A DNA stretch of 58,227 nucleotides, filler included, from Nemertoderma westbladi (taxonomy: Eukaryota > Animalia > Xenacoelomorpha), in assembly GCA_032718475.1 (NCBI GenBank). It is 3 parts of 3 records of this genome, joined end to end, with 100 filler letters (N's around TTAATTAATTAA, not from the genome) between each part and the next. Parts side by side here need not be neighbours in the genome. Positions count along the whole stretch, not along the records: positions 48,908 to 58,227 come from JAUCBJ010002247.1; 2 more parts are not named here. One strand, written 5' to 3'. Under the pieces are notes generated by a model. The model saw only the letters and a list, made by a program, of their open reading frames with translations, did no database searches and was not told the DNA's origin. The translations under genes and the position numbers were made by a program. Of this stretch, positions 48,908-58,227 are shown in pieces. The number at the start of each line of letters is the position of its first letter. Position 1 is the stretch's first letter.

Positions 48908-51900
48908 TAATAGATATATACCCGTTTAAATGGGTTTTTGTCAATATTTGAAATAAATGTTATTATTTCTGGGGGAGTCACTACACAGAAGCTGTGCGCT
49001 CTCAGTGAAGTGTTACTTATTGAGACACTAAAACAGATTATTCTAATTTACCTAAGTTACTTATCTACAAATTACTTACGATACGGGTGAGATTAATTCT
49101 CTAATTAAACACAACAAAAATATTACGTACGAAATTTTTAGGGTAATTTTACAGGAAATCTACAAACCAGTCCAACAAAGGGTTAGATTTCTGGCTATTA
49201 CAAAGGACAGGGTACTACGGTATTTAAATAATAAGTAGTAGTAAATATATTGTACTGTCCAGATAGGAAAATACCACCGCCTGACGACCTATAACCGTAT
49301 CGCTATAGGTACTACGTTATGTATCACGGATTCCTGTATGGAATCCATCCAAAAAGTGCGCCGGATAGAGCGCCGACCAATTTTTATGCGCGCCGCGCGC
49401 CGATGCCATTTCGAAGAAACACCCCGCGCCAACTAAATTTCTAAGCACGCCGATGCTATTTTGAAGAAACCCCGCGCCAACTAAATTTTTAAGCGCGCCA
49501 CACATTGAAACAATTTTGAAGAGCGCCACGCCAATGCAAATTCAATTTTGAGGGAGTGTAACCAATCTGTCAATGTCAGTAAGTACTGCTGTACCAGTCC
49601 CTGCTGCCCTATATCTGTATACAACAGTAGCCTAACCACTGAACCATACAACAGAAAAAGAAAGGCGAGCAAAGCGAGCCGAAATTTTTAAACAGCTAAT
49701 GCTATTTTTAAGGCACTTCCATAATCTGATAATTGTTAAACCTGTAAACTGGTAAACTAACAAACTGACAAATCGGCGCCGGTTTTATTTTTGGGAACGC
49801 CGGTTTTATTTTTGGGAGCGCCACGCGCCAAAGCTGAAAGCCGGCGCGCTTTACGATTTTCGAGCGCGCCACGCGCCACATTGGCGCGCTTTTATTGCAA
49901 AGTGCGCCGGATTAATCCGGCGCAAAGTGTATGGATTCCAGTCTGGCACGGATTGTTCCTACCCGGAAGCTAATAGAGCTAACGAATGTGCCTATCAACC
50001 ACTTTACAACACAAATATACTGCCTACACTAATTACTTCGGACAGCACTGTACACTAAACCCTAAATTAGGTACAAGTACCGGTATAACAAATAATCAGT
50101 AGTTAAATATACTTGAACAGTTAAAAGAACCACGGCATCTGCTGGAGTGACCGAAGCACAAAATCTCCAGTCTTTACCTACGCCGAGCAGCCCTGATGTA
50201 GTACCGGGGTTAGTTTAACTATAACGGTATGTATAACAAGCACAATTACTGTAGGAATAAACTTGGGGACATGAATGTTGCGAATAATCGCATAAACTCT
50301 GAATAATAAATATTACGCTACCCGTACAGAATACTCAAACAAATACAAACCAAAACGCTGGCAGACTACTATCAAGCCTAAACAAACTACAGTATGTGCA
50401 GATTCTGAAACTGTTAGTTAGTATGCGTGCTAACACGGTAGTACGACTTACTCTTTAAGAGGGGATTGACCTTACAGTGTTGACTGCCCCAACTTACTAA
50501 CGGCACTTGATCAGACCAACTCTACACACGCAGCAATCCCTTCAGACCCAAAAATAGCTAGACAACAATCCAGCCTACAAATATTTGAGTAATAACTATT
50601 ACGGTACCTGAACAGACCACACAAACAAACACAGGCCAAAACACTGGCAGACTACGATCAAGCCTAAATAAACTACAGTATATGCAGACTCTGAAACTGT
50701 TAGTTAGTATGCGTGCTAACACGGTAGTACGACTTATTCTTTAAGAGGGGATTGACCTTACAGTGTTGACTGCCCCAACTTACTAACGGCACTTTATCAG
50801 ACAAACTCTACACACGCCGTACAGCCGTAATCTCTCCAAACCCAACCACAGTCAGACAGCAGCTCAGCCTACAATTATCTGAACAATCTGAGCAGGGTCA
50901 CACGCCTTCTGCTCAATATTAGCCTACTAGTAAATAAAACCAACAGAAATAAGTAGAATCTCAAATAAAAAATCAGGGCGGCCGTTCCCTGATTAAGTAC
51001 CAAGACCTACCGGTATACAACAATCAAAATCGAATAATACTAATGTACTTGTACAGCAGTACCGGTACCGGTGATGACAGTTAGGCCTACTGACCTACAA
51101 AGTACCGGTTCAGTTTTACCAGTCACTACGGTATTTTGCAACCTTATTGCCTACTGCAATAAGATTATAACTGTTACTGTTCGTCAGAACAGTATTAAAC
51201 TGTATTTAATGCCTACACTTGCAACCTTATTGCCTACTGCAATAAGATAATAACTGTTACTGTTCGACAGAACAGTATTAAACTGTATTTAATGCTTACA
51301 CTGCAATAGAAGTTAACTGTTACTGTTCGCGCTTTTGAAGACCTTTAGCAGTTTAACCTGCCAAAATTTATATGTCTTTTAGTTAATTAACACACCTTTA
51401 GCATACAACAATATTTTATGCTAATAAACAAAACATTAGCCGAAGCCAGCCCATGCGCGATCATTCACCCGATGGATCTACACCCGGGAGGCTGAATTCG
51501 GATGCTTAGATTTTATTATTGCAGTGTAAGATTGCAGTGTAAACCTATTGTATTATTCGATAGATCACTAATAATTAATTTCTGACAGATATTATTAACT
51601 TTCGGGAAATATTAACAGTTCCTTTAGGACGTGGCGCTCTATCTATTTAAACAGAGCTAGGACTTATACTAAACGCAACGATAAGGCTTATGATTAAAGT
51701 ATAAGTCGCATTCTTTAGGAAATGCTTTGTTACCAGTCACATCACACTCACAATCATGCACACTATTCTGCCGACCGTCAGTATATTTGATCACACATAA
51801 AGAGAACCGCAATTGACTCAGGTAGTGTCTACTAAATAACATTAGATTCAATACACACCACATTGATATAAATCGCAATTGTTATATATAGCCCGCCTCT

Positions 51901-52562
51901 CTAACCTGTAGTGTATCAAGAAATTGGGAATTTTGGGTGATTTATCCGTATTCTCCAAAGAGCAATATTTCCATCAACAAATAGATACAATTAATAACTG
52001 ACGGTAAATAGCAGTACAAACAATATGATTAGTGCAGTTAAATTAAGTGAGGTAACACCGCCGGTAACAGTTATACTTTCTATAATCTAAGCAGTTTACG
52101 GTACAGCAGTATCTATCCAAAATGCCGGTGTTTCTGGCTTAGACAGCAATAACAACAAAGTATCCAGAAAAAACAGTAAGACTGAACACTCTCCTTATGA
52201 TCGGCTGAAAAGCTACACGTCGACAGGAAAAATCGCTCTGATTGGCTCAAGCCAAACAAAGAACTATGCGTCCAATGGCTGTTTCCATGTCAGCAACCAG
52301 CTGTTAGATGTCGTAATATGAATCATCACGGCTAAGCTGTGAAAGGTAGTTGGTGCATTACAAGTTTTTTGCCTTACCATGTCCGCCAAAACACGTATAT
52401 AGCAGAATGATTTTTATGTCCGTTAAAACACCTGTAAAGGTACCTTGCGGGCGAGGGGAATATATCTACAGTTAGAAAACCTTTTTAGAGTATTCCAGCG
52501 CCTGGGGGGAAACTGGATTGCGAAGCAAAAGGGGCCAGTTATATCCCACAGAAGCTTTTACA
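48908..52562 (-). mobile_element. BEL family copy C: 5' LTR (51324-52562) plus long leader, cut by the contig end
   Basis: Reverse complement starts TGTAAAAGCTTCTGTGGG, passes AAAGCGCGAACA at 51324, and remains collinear with about 16560-17990 up to the spacer. Contains a ~290-bp internal duplication (~50335 and ~50622). Confidence 0.88.
49333..49946. mobile_element. MITE with 8-bp TSD inserted in the BEL leader
   Basis: TSD CACGGATT (49325-49332, 49947-49954); imperfect TIR CCTGTATGGAATCCAT/CCAGACTGGAATCCAT..TGCGCCGGAT; many GCGCC motifs; the empty site is visible in element A at about 17560. Confidence 0.88.
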
Positions 52563-52599
52563 GATCTAACTAAAAATAATTTACAGTTTAGTTGTGGAA

Positions 52600-54800
52600 T
52601 AGGGTGTCCACAACAATCGAGTTCCCCAGCGACTAATTACATTCAGTGGAGAAAGAGAGTCAATCTCTACGGAGAAACGTAAACTTTACTATCTTTGAGG
52701 AGTTGATAAACGAACTGGAAATGTCTTAGATACAAACTGAAAATGATATAAATAAAATAACCACTTCAATAACATATGCTTTTACTAAAGCAACCCAAAA
52801 AGCGGAGCCGACACATAGTGGACATGGAAAACCGTGGTTTGATAATGATTGTCGAATAGCGAAGAAAAAGTTAGTAGAATCTGTTACAACTCGAAATAGA
52901 TCCAAAGAAGATTATTTGTATTACTGGTCTGCACGCAGAGATGATAAAAATGTGTTCCAGCAGAAAAAATCTGAATACGAGGAGGACAAACTACTGGAAA
53001 AGTTGAAAGAGTCAGAGCTAACCCCATGGTCCCTATACCAGGAAAGAACACCAATCAGTTCTGCGCCCATTGCATCCGAAGTACTAGAACAACATTTCGA
53101 GAATCCATTAGGACAGAACTCAAAAGGAACAGACCCGGTTCGCATCGTTTCAGATGAGGAACGGCTACAAGACCAATGGTATAATCAGCCGATTACAGAG
53201 GACGAAATTATAGAAGCGGTTCATTCCACGTCAAACAAAAAAGCAAGCGGCTAAGACAGAATCTTTAATGAACACCTAAAACAAATTCTTTCACTGATAC
53301 TACCCATTCTGGTTTATCTTTTTAACACTTGCTTCACTATTGCTGTGATAACAACTCTTTGGGCAACTAGCATTATAAAAATACTCTATAAAGGGACGAG
53401 CAGGTAGCAGGACGAGTCCCGATAATTATAGGGGGATCGCCCTTGCCTTATTAGCGTGATTGCCAAAATCCTTACAAAAATAATCAACAAAAGGGTACTC
53501 CTACACATTTCCCACTTACTGCCACCGGAACAATATGGTTTCATACAGGGAAAATCGACCATGCAAGCATTGAAAAAACTAATGTCAGACATCGCAGAAA
53601 CACTCAGGAGACCACGTGACCCGCTAACAAACCCAGGCTTATATATATATGGGGCCTTCATAGACTTTCGCAAAGCGTTTGATTTGGTAGATAGATTTCG
53701 ACTACTGTATAAAATGTATAATTCCTTTGGGATAAAGGGAAAACTCTTACAATTTAATGGAAGCCCTATTCAACAACCGAGTAAATCTTCGATGGAATAA
53801 AATTCACCAAGCTAATTACTCAGCTCCGGGGAATTTTGCAAGGAGATAGTTTCTCACCAACATGTTTCCTTATATTTATAGCGGATCTCGCGTCAGTTCT
53901 ACGGGGAATAGCACTAACTTTGAGGTTCATATTTTTTGCAGATGATCTGGTGTTTTATTCGGAAAACAAAGCTGATATCCAAAAAGGCTTTGATGAACTT
54001 CAGAAATGGTGTATCAGAAACTCAATGGAAGTGAACTTAAGAAAAACAAAGATAATTAAATTCCGGAATGGTGGACGTTTATCACATTCTGATGTATTCT
54101 ATTATGACGGAAGGGAAATAGAGATCTGCAATAAATATGAGTATCTTGGGATTGTTATGCAACCGTCACTGTCGTTTTCAAAGCACATCGATCAGAAGAA
54201 GAGGAAAGCTTTCTCTGCAATAGGATCTCTAAGACACTTGCAACTTATTTCCATCGAAACTGGGATCACGATATTCTCTCTGAAAATAGACCCAATGTTC
54301 TGCTATACGCTTTTCAAGAAATAGTAACCTTTTTCACTCTGACGAACCTAAAAGAACTGGATAAAGTGAAATTTACCTTCCTAAAACGTCTACTTTGTTT
54401 ATCAAAATACTCCTCGTCTACCTTAGCTATGAAGATAGTTGGTTGTAAATCATACGTAGAAGACCTAAATTTGAAATATCCAGGAATTTTTGATCAAACG
54501 GTTTTAGAACAACATAGGTCATATAGAAGACAGATTGAGGTATCGTTTAGCGACAACAACTTCTTAGAAGGACCGGCTTTTACTTCGCAGCGCCCCGGGC
54601 CAAAGGAACCGGCATCTTATTATGAGGGCCACCACCCATGGCTTCCACTGGAAACTACAGTATGTAGTGACATAACGCCATTTCACGAACTGGGCCCAAC
54701 CTGTTACTGTAAATACTGTGGAGGCAGTGCGAGTGAGATATCACTTATTTAGCTGTAGGTCCTGTCCAGCTCTCTCGGCTCTGGGGAACTCTAAGTGAAT
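52600..54800 (+). mobile_element. Decayed non-LTR retrotransposon (RT plus Cys-rich tail; possibly RTEX-like)
   Basis: KPWFDNDC, NYRGI, EQYGF, AFIDFRKAFDLV, QGDSFSP, FFADD, KTKIIKFRNGGRL, YEYLG, CYCKYCG in broken frames. Its 5' part ends at the BEL LTR. Confidence 0.88.
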
Positions 54801-55055
54801 ACAGACCCCCCCCCCCCTCTTTTTAGCATTTTAGAACCTATTTTATATTTTAAATTTAAAATTAACTTATACAAACCTAATATTTTAAATACTCTGATTT
54901 TAATTTAAATTTAACTATAATCTGATAAATGTCATTTTAATGTATTAAAGATTAAATTTACCTCGTACGGGGGTGTATATTTCTCAAAAAAAAAAAGTTG
55001 TGGAATAAAATTATACTGTATGCCTACATACTGTATACTATATAATATATTCCTA

Positions 55056-55105
55056 TATGTATGTGTATGTATGTGTATGTATGTGTATGTATGTATGTAT
55101 GTATG
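55056..55105. repeat. (TATG/TGTATG)n microsatellite
   Basis: Direct reading. Confidence 0.85.
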
Positions 55106-55803
55106 CAGACACTAGCTTACACGTTCGTGGGGTCTTCGCGCAGCACAAAGTGAGCAAAGTCTTAGCATATAAAGGCCCCATTAACGAGTTGTCTGTCGTT
55201 AGTCTGAAGTCGTCAACACAATACTCGTCTCCTTCATTTCCATCGTTGCATTCGTTCGTTTTTGACCAAAATTCTAAATTCAGATTCTTTCTAAACTTTT
55301 GATGGACTACATATGTACCAAGTTTCGTTTAATTTCATCAAGGAATGACAGAGGTATTAGCGTTCAAAAATTTACGACGAAGACGACAGACGACGACGAC
55401 AGACAACTCGCTAATGGCACCCATATGGTAAAGGCTTCGCTCACTTTTTGGCTCGTCCCACAGAGACAAACCGATCGATAGACAGACAGACCGACAGCCA
55501 GACACAACGGTTGAAACAGCAGTACATCCTTACTGCTTCCTTCATCGCACCCACGCTACAAACCAAATCTGTTAATTGTGCTTCCGTAATTCTCAGTGAT
55601 ATTTTTATTAATTCATATTAAAGGACGCGTTAAACTCAGACTCGCATACAGTAGGCTCGATTAATTAAATCACTAATCTGAATCTTAATAGTAGAAATGT
55701 CTAATAAAATTCCCCATATTAGTTTACATGTTAATCTATTAGTCTTTATTGGTATTGGTTTAGGGACTTTGTATTAATAATAAATACAGTAGTCATATAT
55801 ATA

Positions 55804-56317
55804 TCACATACGCCTTTCTTTCTTAAACTCAAATTCCTGTGTCCAAGTTTTACACCAACGCCGGTACTTATTCACAGGGTCTACCATGGTCACACCACGG
55901 TTTTCCCTTATCTTTACCGAGTCCAATATGTCCATAGCGCTCTGGAACCGCACGCTAAGTATGAGTCTTTGTTGGTTCGGAATCGATTGTTTGTCCATCG
56001 CGGTGACGGGTCGCACGGACTCCGAGGGGGGTCCTTCATCGAACAGCTGTTCCACCATGGATTTACGACGTGGAAGGTTCCGCTGGTGTTCCGATCTCGA
56101 GGACGACGGTTCCGTTGATGGTTCTCCCGTTGTCTCCTCCGTTGTCCACTCGTGATCTTCAACCCCTTCCAATCGAAGTCGCTGCAGTTCGTTTGTTGGA
56201 GATTTCGTCTTCCGCAATCGTCCAGCTCTTCCGCTTTTGTTCAACTCGTCGCCGACTTTCTCTTCGTAAGTTTTCATCATCGCAAACAGTGCTTCTTTCG
56301 ACAAAGTTGCACAGAAC
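55804..56317 (-). CDS. Terminal coding exon of an unidentified host gene
   Basis: GC-rich open frame in AT-rich flanks; acceptor TATTATTAG|G at 56318; natural-looking composition (FCATLSKEALFAMMKTYEE..RLILSVRFQSAMDILD..EFEFKKERRM*). Upstream exons were not found. Confidence 0.7.
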
Positions 56318-58227
56318 CTAATAATATAAAATTTAATATGTTAATAATATAAAATGCCTAAATAACTGTAGACAAGTTCTAGAAGATTATTTTCGTATTT
56401 CGTCATGTTTGATTTTTTAAGCAAAGCTAAATTCCAGTAGTTTATTTCTTTGCTTTGCGATACCAGGTATATAAATTTAATAACTAATGTAATAATTATA
56501 TTAAATATAAAATTGTTCACAGCCAGGGCTGAGAACATAAACTCTTTATCATTAACTTTTCACAGTATCATAAACTGGTTACTATCAATTCAACAGATTG
56601 TAATACAATACGCAATGAATCTCAGACATGTACTGTATGAAATATGTTAAAGTTTATTGTTAACATGGTTGAAATTTACTCTATGATTAATTTGTAAATA
56701 ATATTAAATTAAATTATAATTAAATCATAAAACATCAAACATGTCAGAAATTATTAATCTACCGATACACCGACCGGCCTACAGAGTACGCTAACTGTAT
56801 TCTCATCGGACGTATAAAGCATTCTCATTAATAGTAATATAATCTCGATTAAAAGAAATACTGGATGTGTAGGCATTTATGTAGCTTTACATAGTGATTT
56901 CCAGACCAGACCAGACCAGATAAATTAAATTATTGTAAATAAAATAAATTTGATATCTACTATCACCTGTTAAGTTCAACCTTAATATTAATATTCCCAA
57001 TCTATTTCAAAACAAACTGTAACTGTATACTGTACCTATTGTTGCAGTAAAACAATTGTTCGATTTTATAGTATTGTAATATATTGTTGCTGTATAATAT
57101 ATTCTAGTCTGCCAGAACAATAATAGTTTTATATTTTCTCAGCTTAAAATAATTAATTATGTAACTATTAGTAATAGTTGATGCGATTGCTCAAATGCTC
57201 AGTATATTTAAGTAACCGATAATATTACAGTTACTTATCATTGTAATGCAAACTTTGGCACATTGTGCTGTGCATGTGCGTGCATGTTGTTAAATATAAT
57301 ACAAGAAAATGTTTCGAAATAATTACACGTGTGGGGCCTTTTTCCGATGATTACAGTGTACTATGGCTAGTTATTATATATTGGCTTCCGACAATTATGG
57401 TTTCCGACACAACACCAATATCACCCCTCCCTAAACAACACAAATCCCCACAGACTTTAGAAAACGACCATAGATGAATTATAACAGTTCACTAATGGCT
57501 CGCAGTTTTGACTCGCCCAAATGATTTATCAATATTTGAGCCACAACACCGTAATACAGCACAAAAGGAAAGTTATTAGAAAAGTAGACCCAATCAGAGG
57601 TAGACGTTACACCTACTGTACACCCTCCCCAAAACACCTACACCTACTTGGGGTCAGGTTAGTAAAGAAGTAGTAAGTCGGGTTGAAGCGAACCAAAACA
57701 ATAAACGAGAGTTCGGAATATTGTAGAAAACCCAATTTAATTGTGAATCAACAGCCTGAGAATCAAATGCCAGATCTACAGTATGTAGGCGTAGGGGTGT
57801 ATATATGAGTGTGTGTATGTGTAGGCGTTAGTGTAGGCGTAGCGATTTCGTTCTAATCTTAAAAAAAATATAAATTTTAATGTTCGCCCCAACGGGACTT
57901 AACTTGATAATACTTGTCTATTAACCCAATAGCTGTAATTAATTTCACTAAGGAATACTCTATATAGTATTTATAATCAACAGTTGCCCCTTATTAGTAA
58001 TTTCTCCCTATCGGAGGACCCAACTCGCTCCCTATCGGTTGGTACGTCGTCCTTTTGGGGGATCCTCGTCAGGATCGCGGGATTTTAAACAATAAACTGC
58101 GTGCACAAATTAAAGTAATCCGATTAGATAAATGTAAGCCACAATTAATATTTAATAATTTAATAATATCCTATTGTGGCAAATAGAACATAATTTTGAA
58201 GTACGCCTTACAAGATATGAAAAGTAA

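Noticed and set aside
55108-55540. Helitron-like interspersed repeat with GACA/GAC microsatellites
   Set aside because: Suggestive motifs only; the termini could not be established.

Overview
AT-rich, intron-containing, repeat-dense animal (probably non-insect invertebrate) genomic DNA, not prokaryotic. It consists of three segments joined by artificial N-TTAATTAATTAA-N spacers (26897-26996, 48808-48907), so adjacency across the spacers is unproven. Host genes: (1) an intact class II ARF GTPase with an intronless CDS (8005-8544, -); (2) an intact 5-exon, 437-aa gustatory-receptor-like (GRL / insect chemoreceptor superfamily) gene, assembled by hand (29356-42122, -); (3) the last coding exon of an unidentified gene (55804-56317, -). 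Most of the rest is mobile DNA. There are four pieces of one BEL/Pao LTR-retrotransposon family with a ~1.2-kb LTR, a ~2-kb leader and no obvious tRNA primer site. One of these pieces has a ~1700-codon Gag-protease frame from which RT and integrase appear to be deleted in frame. The window also holds three non-LTR (RTE-type) elements, one present as a 3011-bp tandem duplication, a decayed Penelope-like element with a possible hammerhead remnant, several MITEs (IS3EU-like, P-like, Kolobok-like, HINE-like, 8-bp-TSD) and three satellites. All calls were made by eye; no alignments or database searches were run.
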